Made by a program: the position numbers and the translations under genes
In this document: piece by piece, positions 27,773 through 36,286 of the stretch
Layout of the letters: each line of letters opens with the position of its first letter
How positions within the stretch are numbered: position 1 is the first letter of the stretch
Notes under the pieces: generated by a model
What the model saw: the letters and a program-made list of their open reading frames with translations, nothing else
The model's database searches: none
Told to the model about the DNA's origin: nothing
Assembly: GCA_038911065.1 (NCBI GenBank)
Contig: JBCKBR010000004.1
Span: forward strand, 1,142-65,141
Length of the DNA: 64,000 nucleotides
Direction: 5' to 3'
From: Gaiellales bacterium
GTDB lineage: Bacteria; Actinomycetota; Thermoleophilia; Gaiellales; F1-60-MAGs149

Positions 27773-27777
27773 CGGGC

Positions 27778-27784
27778 TACTGTA
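27778..27784. promoter_or_regulatory. Shared palindromic -10 element (TACTGTA) for two divergent, probably leaderless genes
   Basis: The plus strand reads TACTGT at -12..-7 of ATG 27790. The minus strand reads TACAGT at -12..-7 of ATG 27772. Neither side has an SD. Confidence 0.4.
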
Positions 27785-27789
27785 TCGCA

Positions 27790-28527
27790 ATGACCGCGCA
27801 CTACGTCGCCGAGCTTGCAGCGCCCGAAGTGCGCGCACTAGCGCATGCTGGTGCCCCTGCGCTGTGGCCGATCGGGTCGACGGAGCAACACGGCACCCAC
27901 CTCGTGACGGGGTTCGATTTGGCATCGGCCAGCGCTGTCTGCGACCGAGCGGCAACACAGTGCGGGCGCGATGTAGCCGTCTTGCCTGGCCTCCCCTTCG
28001 GCTCCTCTGATCACTGGCTTCCACTCGGCGCCACCTGGTCGCTGACCCCCGCCACACTGCACGCTGTTCTCAGCGATGTCGCGCGCTCCGCCGCCGAAAC
28101 CGGATTTCAGCGACTGATCATCGTCAATGGGCATGCGGGCAACATCGGTCCTGGGCTAAGCGCCGTGGGTGGCGCGCTCGACGCGCGCTGCGTCGTGGAA
28201 TTCGTCTCCTACTGGCAGCTCGTGGACCAATCTGCCGCGCGCGCACTGTCGCCGAGCGATCGCGGTGCCGTCGGCCATGCCGGAGAAGTGGAGACCGCAA
28301 TCGGGCTCCACCTCCCCCACCTCACGATTTCTGATCGACTGCCCGCAGCAGCCGGCAAGAATCTCGAAGAGGGCCCAGGATCCTACGATCCAATCGCGCG
28401 TGCACCGCGACCGCTCGACGAGGCGCCCAGCGGGGTCTATGGCAATCCGCAGACAGCTGACCCCGCGCTCGGTGCATTGATGATCGAGCAGGCGGCAGAG
28501 CGACTCGCGCGCCACTTGGACAAGTAG
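27790..28527 (+). CDS. Creatininase-family amidohydrolase
   Basis: GSTEQHG, VNGHAGN and GHAGEVETA metal-ligand motifs of the creatinine amidohydrolase/MftE/ArfB family. Confidence 0.85.
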   Translation: MTAHYVAELAAPEVRALAHAGAPALWPIGSTEQHGTHLVTGFDLASASAVCDRAATQCGRDVAVLPGLPFGSSDHWLPLGATWSLTPATLHAVLSDVARSAAETGFQRLIIVNGHAGNIGPGLSAVGGALDARCVVEFVSYWQLVDQSAARALSPSDRGAVGHAGEVETAIGLHLPHLTISDRLPAAAGKNLEEGPGSYDPIARAPRPLDEAPSGVYGNPQTADPALGALMIEQAAERLARHLDK

Positions 28528-28530
28528 CGT

Positions 28531-29622
28531 GTGATTGGTCTGATTGTCAATCCGATCGCCGGGCTCGGCGGCAGCGTTGGCCTCAAGGGAACCGACGGTC
28601 TTGTCGAGCGGGCACTCGCACTCGGAGCCGTGCCACAAGCACATCTGCGTGCCGAACTCGCGGTGCGCGAGATTCCACCAACGATTCCGATCGCCTGTGC
28701 CGCGGGAGTGATGGGCGAGACGGTGATGGCGGCGGCCGGGCGCGCGCCCGTACACGTCGTGGGCTCGAACCACTCCGCTAACTCCACCAGCGCCGAAGAC
28801 ACGCGGCAGGCAATTGCGGACCTCGTCCAACTCGGTGCGGAGTTGATCCTCTTCGCGGGGGGCGACGGTACTGCGCGCGATGTCTGTAGCGTCGTCTCTG
28901 ATCGGGTCGTCGTATTAGGCATCCCGGCGGGCGTCAAGATCCAAAGCGGCTGCTTTGCCCAAACGCCACGTGCGGCAGGAACGCTCGCGGCAGCGTGGCA
29001 TGCGGGGCGTCGTCGCGAGCAACTAGCCGAAGTCGTCGACCTCGATGATCATGCCCTTCGCGACGGACGCATCGGCCCCCGCCTCTACGGGGTGATGCGC
29101 GTACCGCTCGGTCCAGGTCTCGTCGCCGGAACCAAATCGCCCAGTAACAATGAGGACCCCGCCGCAATCGCCGGGATCGCGGCTCGGATCGCCAAACGTA
29201 GCTCCAACCGGACGCTCCTGCTCGGGCCGGGCACGACGATGGCTGCGATCGGTGCCGCCATGCAGATCGAGACGACACTACTGGGCGTCGATCTCGTTCG
29301 CAACGGCGAATTGATCGTTGCCGATGGCAGCGCACAGTCATTGCTAGCCGGCCTCAGAGAGGATGGTGCCGACACGATTGTGACGCCGATCGGAGGCCAG
29401 GGATTCATCCTTGGTCGAGGCAACCAACAGCTATCACCCCAGGTGCTCCACGCCGCCGGTATCGGTCGTTTGACCGTCGTCTGTTCACCTGCCAAACTGG
29501 CGGTTCTCGGTGGTCGTCCGCTGATCGTCGACACCGGGGAGGAGAGTACAGATCAGGAGATTCGTGGCTGGCACAGGCTGGTGACGGGTTATGACGAGGA
29601 AACTATCTACCAGGTGGAGTGA
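28531..29622 (+). CDS. ATP-NAD kinase-like (NAD kinase/diacylglycerol kinase-fold) family protein
   Basis: N-terminus MIGLIVNPIAGLGGSVGLKGTDG and the GGDGT motif (FAGGDGTARD) of the NADK/DAGK superfamily. Length is 363 aa. Confidence 0.7.
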   Translation: MIGLIVNPIAGLGGSVGLKGTDGLVERALALGAVPQAHLRAELAVREIPPTIPIACAAGVMGETVMAAAGRAPVHVVGSNHSANSTSAEDTRQAIADLVQLGAELILFAGGDGTARDVCSVVSDRVVVLGIPAGVKIQSGCFAQTPRAAGTLAAAWHAGRRREQLAEVVDLDDHALRDGRIGPRLYGVMRVPLGPGLVAGTKSPSNNEDPAAIAGIAARIAKRSSNRTLLLGPGTTMAAIGAAMQIETTLLGVDLVRNGELIVADGSAQSLLAGLREDGADTIVTPIGGQGFILGRGNQQLSPQVLHAAGIGRLTVVCSPAKLAVLGGRPLIVDTGEESTDQEIRGWHRLVTGYDEETIYQVE

Positions 29623-31004
29623 CTACGCTGATGCCGCACCCATACATTCCGAACTCGGCTCCAGAGGTTCGCGCAGAAATGCTGCGTGTGATCGGAGTCG
29701 CCTCCGTGGAGGACCTGTATCGCACCATCCCCTCAGAGCTCCGCTTCAAGGGACGCTTGGCGATTGAGGAAGCGATGCCAGAGGAGGCGCGTCTCCGCCG
29801 CCACATCGAGGGGATCCTGCGCCAGAACACACCGGCCACCCGCGTGCTGAGCTTTCTCGGAGCAGGCTGTTATCAGCACGAAGTTCCCGCCGTCTGCGAC
29901 GAGATCAACCGGCGCGGCGAGTTTGTCACGTCCTACGCCGGCGATACCTACGGCGACCACGGTCGCCTGCAAGCGCTCTGGGAGTTTCAGGATCTGATGG
30001 CAGAACTGCTCGAACTCGACGTGGTCACGACGCCAAACTACGACTGGTCAACAGCGGCCGCAATGGCCTTGCGCAGTTGCGTAATGCTGACCGAGCGACG
30101 ACGCATACTGGTGCCGGCAGCGCTGCTGCTCGACCGTCGCCTCGTCTTCTCCGACTATCTCGGCCACGATGTCCAAATCGATGAGATCCCCTTTGACGAT
30201 GCAACGGGACTGCTCGATCTGGCGGCCCTCGAGGCGCTCCTTGGCGACGATGTCGCTGGGGTCTACGTCGAGTATCCAAACGCCTTCGGTGTGATCGATT
30301 ACCAGGCCCCGGACGTTGTTGCCCTAGCGCACCAGCATGGCGCCCTCGCGGTTGTCGGCGCCGACCCAACCGGCCTCGGTCTGCTCGCTGCGCCTGGCTC
30401 GTTTGGCGCAGACTTCGCCGTCGGCGATGTCCAGCCACTCGGCATGCACATGAGCTACGGCGGCGGCCTCTCCGGCTACCTCGCCTTCCACAATGACCCA
30501 GAGGTCTTGGAGACCTGCCCCGCGTTCATCTTCGCCAAAACCGAGACGCTCGAACCGGGCCAGCATGGCTTTGGTTACCTCAATTTCGATCGTACCCACT
30601 ATGTCAAGCGCGGTGAGGGATCGCAAAACGGTGGCACGACGACGGCGCTGTGGGCGATTACGGCAGCTGCCTACCTGGGCCTACTCGGACCTGAGGGTCT
30701 ACGCGAGCTGGGTGAGGGCTTGATGCAACGCTCGCGCTACGCGGCCGAACGAATCGCGGGCATCCCTGGCGTCGCTGGTGTGCGTTTTTCGGGTCCGATC
30801 CTGAAAGAGTTCGTGATTACCTACACAGATCGCGATGTGACTGCCGTGGACGACGCGCTACGGAAACGAGGGATCTTTGGTGGCAAGGATCTGTCCGTGG
30901 ATTTCCCAACACTTGGTCGCGCATCGCTGTGGGCGGTTACTGAAGTGCACAGCAAGGCTGACATAGACGAACTAGTTGAAGCATTGACGGAGGTACTGGC
31001 ATGA
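29619..31004 (+). CDS. gcvPA: Glycine dehydrogenase (decarboxylating) subunit 1-like (GcvPA family)
   Basis: GcvPA-type N-terminus MPHPYIPNSAPEVRAEMLRVIGVASVEDLY, about 450 aa. The start is GTG 29619 (GTGA overlap) or ATG 29631. Confidence 0.85.
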   Translation: MTTLMPHPYIPNSAPEVRAEMLRVIGVASVEDLYRTIPSELRFKGRLAIEEAMPEEARLRRHIEGILRQNTPATRVLSFLGAGCYQHEVPAVCDEINRRGEFVTSYAGDTYGDHGRLQALWEFQDLMAELLELDVVTTPNYDWSTAAAMALRSCVMLTERRRILVPAALLLDRRLVFSDYLGHDVQIDEIPFDDATGLLDLAALEALLGDDVAGVYVEYPNAFGVIDYQAPDVVALAHQHGALAVVGADPTGLGLLAAPGSFGADFAVGDVQPLGMHMSYGGGLSGYLAFHNDPEVLETCPAFIFAKTETLEPGQHGFGYLNFDRTHYVKRGEGSQNGGTTTALWAITAAAYLGLLGPEGLRELGEGLMQRSRYAAERIAGIPGVAGVRFSGPILKEFVITYTDRDVTAVDDALRKRGIFGGKDLSVDFPTLGRASLWAVTEVHSKADIDELVEALTEVLA

Positions 31005-32548
31005 CCGCGCAGTTTCAACAGGCACGCTGGAATGAGCCACTCCTGTCCGAGCTCGGAACGCCCGGCGAGCGCGGCTATTTTCCGGCCGCACCCGAACCAG
31101 AGATCGTCAGCAGCGTCCCGACTCCTCTTGACAGCATCCCTGAGGCGTTTCGTCGCGCGGCACCACCGCGACTTCCCGAGGTCGCCCAACCACAATTGTT
31201 TCGTCACTTCATGCGCCTCTCACAAGAGACGATGGGCAACGACGTCGCCATCGATTTTGGGCTCGGCACCTGCACCATGAAGTACTCGCCGAAAGTCAAT
31301 GAGCATCTGGTGCGCCTGCCGGAGGTGGCCGGTCTGCATCCCTTGCAACACGCTGACACCGTGCAAGGCATCCTCGAGATCCTCTGGCGTCTCGAGCAGA
31401 TGCTCTGCGCGATGTCGGGCCTAGACCGATTCAGCCTGCAACCGCCATCCGGCTCGTCCGCCGTCTATACGAATGCCTCGATCGTGCGGGCGTACCACGA
31501 GTCGCGCGGTGAGGGTGAGCAACGCAACGAGATGATTACGACGATCTACTCGCACCCGTGTGACGCCTCCGCGGCGCATTCTGCCGGCTATAAGGTCGTG
31601 ACTCTCTATCCCGGACCGAACGGCTATGCCGAGCTCGATGCGCTGAAGGCAGCCGTATCGGATCGCACTGCCGGCATCATCATCACCAACCCCGAGGACA
31701 CCGGGATCTATAACCCCTTCATCGCGGACTTCACACGGATCGTCCACGAGGCGGGTGGCCTCTGCGTCTACGACCAGGCCAATGCCAACGGCATCCTCGG
31801 CATTGCCCGCGCCGCCGAGGCTGGCTTCGACCTCTGTCATTTCAATATGCACAAGACCTTCTCGTCGCCGCACAACGGCATGGGCCCGGCAATGGGCGCA
31901 TCTGGTGTACGTGCGGACCTCGCGCGCTTTTTGCCGGCACCTGTCGTGGAAAAGCGAGGCGACCATTTTGAGCTTGATTGGAACCGCCCAGACTCGATTG
32001 GCAAGATCCGCAGCTTTGTCGGCAACGCACAGATCGCAGTGCGCTCGTACGCGTGGATCCTGGCGCTTGGTCCCGACGGTATCCGCGAGGTCGCCGAGAC
32101 CGCCGTCCTCAACGCCAACTATCTCGCTGCACGCCTCCGCGAAGCCCCAGGGATTTCGCAGCCGTACCCGACATCAAACACGCCGATCGAACAATTCCGC
32201 TGGTCGTTCGAGGACCTCAAGGAGCGCACGGGCGTTGGCAGCTCCGACATCTCGCGCAACCTGAGCGACTACGGGTTGCAGCCCGTCTTCACCAGCCATC
32301 ACCCCTACATCGTCCCGGAGCCGATTACCCCCGAGCCTCCCGAGTCGTTCTCCAAGGCGGACATCGATACGTTTGCCGACGCTGTGATTGATGTCGCACG
32401 CCGCGCAGAGACGGATCCGGAAAGTGTTCTGACCGGACCACACCGCAATGCGTGCCGACGCATCGACGCTGCGGCGCTCGACGATCCGGAACGCTGGGTG
32501 CCATCGTCGCGCTCGCAACGCACCCGCAGCGTAGTCAAGGGCGACTGA
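31001..32548 (+). CDS. gcvPB: Glycine dehydrogenase (decarboxylating) subunit 2-like (GcvPB family), divergent PLP loop
   Basis: ATGA overlap with gcvPA. The PLP-lysine context is HFNMHKTFSSPHNGMGPAMG (Lys codon 31853-31855). Confidence 0.85.
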   Translation: MTAQFQQARWNEPLLSELGTPGERGYFPAAPEPEIVSSVPTPLDSIPEAFRRAAPPRLPEVAQPQLFRHFMRLSQETMGNDVAIDFGLGTCTMKYSPKVNEHLVRLPEVAGLHPLQHADTVQGILEILWRLEQMLCAMSGLDRFSLQPPSGSSAVYTNASIVRAYHESRGEGEQRNEMITTIYSHPCDASAAHSAGYKVVTLYPGPNGYAELDALKAAVSDRTAGIIITNPEDTGIYNPFIADFTRIVHEAGGLCVYDQANANGILGIARAAEAGFDLCHFNMHKTFSSPHNGMGPAMGASGVRADLARFLPAPVVEKRGDHFELDWNRPDSIGKIRSFVGNAQIAVRSYAWILALGPDGIREVAETAVLNANYLAARLREAPGISQPYPTSNTPIEQFRWSFEDLKERTGVGSSDISRNLSDYGLQPVFTSHHPYIVPEPITPEPPESFSKADIDTFADAVIDVARRAETDPESVLTGPHRNACRRIDAAALDDPERWVPSSRSQRTRSVVKGD

Positions 32549-32570
32549 TCATGCCGACCGCGGCGCGCCG

Positions 32571-33836
32571 CTAGAAGAACGTATGCAGGGCACTGATGAC
32601 ACGTCGGTCTTGGTCGACCAGCGGCAACAGTCGCCACTTGTCGAAGGAGGTACACGGGTGGCTCACTCCACACCCGACAAGATCGCCCACCACGAGATCG
32701 GCGACGGCTGGCCCGCGCAGAAAGGCGTGCTGATCATTGAGTGCGACCACAGTGCACTCGCCGATCGAGCTGACAACGCCGTCTCGCGCCTGCCATTTGG
32801 GGAGCGGGAGGTCAATGTCAAACGAGACATCGCGTTTACCCATGCCGAGGATCGCCAGACCCGGTTCGGGCACCGACAGCACCGCGCTCCACGCCTCCAA
32901 GGCCGGCGCCAAGCGACCGTCCCGAGCGGTGCCACGCTCGAACGGCGACAGGCGTTGATAGAGACCGTCGTCGTGCGAGACAGTGCAGCCGGAGCGCAGC
33001 ACCAAGCGGACGGACTGCTCGATGTCCGGCCGCAACAGGGCCGTCACTCGATCGAACCACGCGCTGCCACCTGCAGAGACAACCACCTGATCCACCATTG
33101 CGAAGTGTCCGAGCTGCGCGAGTCGTTCGACCGTCGCCCGCAGCTCCAGCAGATAGCGGTCAACACGCTGCTCGACTTCGACAAGATCTGGCCCACCGAT
33201 GTGTCCCTCCCAACCCGAGACTCCCGCCAAGACGAGTCCGGGGGCCGCCACCACGGCGGCGGCGACAGCCTCGACCGTAGGCAGACTTCGGGCACCAGCC
33301 CGACCGTCAGGCATACCCAGTTCGATCAGCACACGCAGATCCGGATCGTCCACTCGACGATGTGCGACCAGCTGGTCGACGGCGGCCACCGAGTCGACCA
33401 GCAGCCACACCTCCGTTCCAGCGCGTTGCGCGTCTCCGACCCAACGAATCGACGCCGGATCGACAACCTCGTTGGCAATCAGGATCCGTGGCACACCAAA
33501 CGCCACACAGACCCGTCCCTGCGCCGCGCAGGCGACGGTAATCGCCCACGCGCCTGCTGCCAACTGTCGCTCGAACAAGGCGGGTGCCATCGTCGTCTTG
33601 CCGTGGGGCGCCAGCGAGACATCGTGCTGCTCACACCACGCGCGCATCGTCGCGATGTTCGACGCCACTGCATCCTCGCGCACAAGCAGGACCGGCAACG
33701 GCAGATCTCCACGCGTGACACTCCAAGCCTGGTTCGCAATCGTGGCGGGGGTCACTGGCGGTTCGCAGGCCGGGAATCCTTTGTAGCGCCAATCGATCGG
33801 ATCGTGTTGCAGCCGCTCAAGGGCAGTGGTATCCAT
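32571..33836 (-). CDS. Alanine-racemase-N-domain PLP enzyme, D-threonine aldolase/D-serine deaminase (DSD1)-like
   Basis: APHGKTT PLP-lysine motif in a fold-type-III N-terminal barrel, with a C-terminal beta domain ending ...GCGVSHPCTSFDKW. Confidence 0.8.
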   Translation of the reverse strand: MDTTALERLQHDPIDWRYKGFPACEPPVTPATIANQAWSVTRGDLPLPVLLVREDAVASNIATMRAWCEQHDVSLAPHGKTTMAPALFERQLAAGAWAITVACAAQGRVCVAFGVPRILIANEVVDPASIRWVGDAQRAGTEVWLLVDSVAAVDQLVAHRRVDDPDLRVLIELGMPDGRAGARSLPTVEAVAAAVVAAPGLVLAGVSGWEGHIGGPDLVEVEQRVDRYLLELRATVERLAQLGHFAMVDQVVVSAGGSAWFDRVTALLRPDIEQSVRLVLRSGCTVSHDDGLYQRLSPFERGTARDGRLAPALEAWSAVLSVPEPGLAILGMGKRDVSFDIDLPLPKWQARDGVVSSIGECTVVALNDQHAFLRGPAVADLVVGDLVGCGVSHPCTSFDKWRLLPLVDQDRRVISALHTFF

Positions 33837-33843
33837 CTGCGCG

Positions 33844-33849
33844 ATTATA
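33844..33849 (-). promoter_or_regulatory. Consensus -10 box (TATAAT) 7 nt upstream of the ATG at 33836; leaderless-type promoter
   Basis: The minus strand reads ...aatcTATAATcgcgcagATG with no SD in between. Confidence 0.45.
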
Positions 33850-33874
33850 GATTCTCACTCGGGGGGTCGGGACG

Positions 33875-34675
33875 ATGAAACTCGATGGCGAAGTCGCGTT
33901 GGTCACGGGAGGTGGTGCCGGGATCGGTCTTGCCGTCTCGACGCTGCTTGCTGAGCGCGGCGCAGCGGTGGTGTTCAACGACCTACAGGCAGACCGCGTT
34001 GCGTCGACGACCGCAGCCCACCTCGCCGCCAAGCGCGTGGTCAGTGGCCTGCCCGGCGATGCGTCGAGTGTCGCAGATGTCGACGCTCTTTTTTCGTACG
34101 CCGAGGCGACCCACGGTCCCGTTAGCATCGTCGTCTGCAACGCATTTTCGGCGACCAGTGACGGCCTCGCAACACTTGCGCTTGAGGACTGGGAACGGGA
34201 TCTGCACGGCACGCTGACAAGTGCCTTCATCACCGTCCGGCGCGCGCTACCCGTGATGATCGAACAGGGCAAGGGCAGCATCGTCACGATTGGCTCGATC
34301 AATTCGACCGGCGCCTACGGAGCCGACGCCTACTCGGCAGGCAAGGCGGGCCTCGAGAACCTGACGCGCTCGCTGGCCGTCCGCTATGGACGCCATGGGA
34401 TTCGGGCGAATATGGTGATGCCCGGCTCGGTTGGCACGGACGTCCAGCTTCGTCGCGAGGCGTTGGAGCCCGGCTTCTTGCAGCGACTCGAACGCTGGTA
34501 TCCACTCGGACGGATCGGAACGCCCGACGACATTGCTCGAGCGGTCGTCTTTCTCGCCTCCGATGAGTCGTCGTGGACGACGGGCGCGACACTTACGGTC
34601 GATGGCGGGCTGCTCGCGGGCAATGCTGTGATGACAAGCGAACTGATGGTCGAGTCCGGAGACCTGCCCCGATGA
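33875..34675 (+). CDS. SDR-family oxidoreductase (FabG-like)
   Basis: TGGGAGIG, a catalytic YSAGK motif, and the PGSV region. Confidence 0.85.
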   Translation: MKLDGEVALVTGGGAGIGLAVSTLLAERGAAVVFNDLQADRVASTTAAHLAAKRVVSGLPGDASSVADVDALFSYAEATHGPVSIVVCNAFSATSDGLATLALEDWERDLHGTLTSAFITVRRALPVMIEQGKGSIVTIGSINSTGAYGADAYSAGKAGLENLTRSLAVRYGRHGIRANMVMPGSVGTDVQLRREALEPGFLQRLERWYPLGRIGTPDDIARAVVFLASDESSWTTGATLTVDGGLLAGNAVMTSELMVESGDLPR

Positions 34676-36273
34676 CACTCGATCTGCTGTTGCGTGGTGG
34701 AGACGTGCTCGATGGGTCTGGCAGTCCAGCGACACGCGCGGACGTCGGAATTCGCGATGGCGTAATCGTCGCGGTTGGTGCGATCACATCAGCCGCTGCC
34801 ACCGTCGTCGACGTATCGGGGCTGACGATTGCACCGGGGTTCATCGACATGCATACGCACTCGGATCTTGTACCACTTGCCGATCCCTGCCACACTGCCA
34901 AGGCCCTGCAGGGTGTCACGACGGAGGTGATCGGCCAGGATGGACTGAGCCTCGCTCCCGTCGATGCCATCGTGGAGCAAGAGTTGCGGAGCGCACTCGC
35001 CGGCTGGAATGGCGATCCGGAGATCCCCCGAAACTGGCGCTCGGTGGCCGATTACCTCGCCCGTTTCGACGAGGGTACCTCGACCAATGTGGCCTTCGTG
35101 GTGGGGCATGCCACGCTACGACTGCTGGTGATGGGTGCCGACGACCGTGCACCAACCACGGGCGAGTTAGCGGCCATGCAAGAGCACGTTCGGGTTGCCC
35201 TGCAAGAAGGCGCCGTTGGACTCTCGTCGGGCCTGACGTACGCGCCCGGAATGTTCGCGGACGAGAGCGAATTACAGGCGCTGTGTGCGGTGATGCGCGG
35301 CACCGGCGCGTTTTATACACCCCACCACCGCAATTATGGCTCGCATGCGATCGAAGCCTACGCCGAGGCGATTGCGACGGCTGAAACAGCTGGTGTGCCG
35401 ATTCATCTCGCCCATGCCCACCTCGGATTTCCCGTCAATCGCGGGCGGGCGGGCGAGCTACTGGCGATCATTGATGCGGCCCGCGCACGCGGTGTCGATG
35501 TCTCGTTCGACACCTACCCGTATCTCGCCGGCAATACGTATCTGCATTCGATTCTGCCGGGGTGGGCCTTCGCTGGTGGTGCCGAACAGACCCTGGCGCG
35601 ACTCCGTGATGTCACCCTGCGCGAGCGACTGCGACATGAACTGGAAGAGGCCGGCAGCGACGGGTTTCATGGTGTCCCCGTCGACTGGACGTTGATCGTG
35701 GTGGGCGGTGTGGGACATGACAACAACAGTTGGGCTGTTGGCACGTCGATCGCTGACTTGGCAGAGCAACGGGGTGTCCGCCCGATCGATCTCTTCTGCG
35801 AACTCGCTGCCGACGACCTGCTGATGGCAACCGCGCTGCATCAGATCGGCAACGAAGAGAACGTGCGGGAGATCATGCAGCACCCGGCCCATATGGCTGG
35901 AAGTGACGGCATTCTCGTCGGTGGGCGGCCACACCCGCGCGGCTGGGGCACCTTTCCGCGCTATCTCGGCCACTACGTCCGCGAGCTCGGCATCCTCTCG
36001 CTTGCCGAGGCCGTACGGCACATGACCTCCGCTCCAGCCGCACGACTGGGCCTGACCACTCGGGGACTCGTGCGACCTGGAATGGTTGCGGATCTGGTGG
36101 CATTCGATCCTGCCACGATCACCGACTGTGCGACCTACGAGCAACCCACACTTCCTCCCGTCGGAATCCCCCACGTCTGGATCGGCGGCATTGCGACCGT
36201 CTCCGATAGTCGGCGAACAGCACACACTCCCGGGCGCGCGCTCCGTTCCGAATTCGCTCCGTGCCGCGGATAG
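34672..36273 (+). CDS. N-acyl-D-amino-acid deacylase (D-aminoacylase) family amidohydrolase
   Basis: ATGA overlap with the SDR. MTLDLLLRGGDVLDGSG...GFIDMHTHSD has the HxH metal motif, and the C-terminal ...GMVADLVAFDP is typical of D-aminoacylases. Confidence 0.85.
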   Translation: MTLDLLLRGGDVLDGSGSPATRADVGIRDGVIVAVGAITSAAATVVDVSGLTIAPGFIDMHTHSDLVPLADPCHTAKALQGVTTEVIGQDGLSLAPVDAIVEQELRSALAGWNGDPEIPRNWRSVADYLARFDEGTSTNVAFVVGHATLRLLVMGADDRAPTTGELAAMQEHVRVALQEGAVGLSSGLTYAPGMFADESELQALCAVMRGTGAFYTPHHRNYGSHAIEAYAEAIATAETAGVPIHLAHAHLGFPVNRGRAGELLAIIDAARARGVDVSFDTYPYLAGNTYLHSILPGWAFAGGAEQTLARLRDVTLRERLRHELEEAGSDGFHGVPVDWTLIVVGGVGHDNNSWAVGTSIADLAEQRGVRPIDLFCELAADDLLMATALHQIGNEENVREIMQHPAHMAGSDGILVGGRPHPRGWGTFPRYLGHYVRELGILSLAEAVRHMTSAPAARLGLTTRGLVRPGMVADLVAFDPATITDCATYEQPTLPPVGIPHVWIGGIATVSDSRRTAHTPGRALRSEFAPCRG

Positions 36274-36286
36274 CTTGGTGTCGCTA

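Noticed and set aside
27619-28057. Long N-terminal extensions of both the creatininase ORF (from 27619) and the RraA-like ORF (to 28057).
   Set aside because: The two extensions overlap each other on opposite strands and are Arg/Pro-rich. The conserved family sequence begins at the internal ATGs 27790 and 27772.
29560-29640. Possible glycine riboswitch ahead of gcvPA.
   Set aside because: There is no intergenic space, because gcvPA overlaps or abuts the preceding coding sequence.
32583-33878. 431-aa plus-strand ORF.
   Set aside because: It is Arg/His/Gln-rich with low-complexity composition and no motifs. It is exactly antisense to a minus-strand ORF with a clear PLP-enzyme sequence (APHGKTT). 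This is the typical high-GC shadow ORF.
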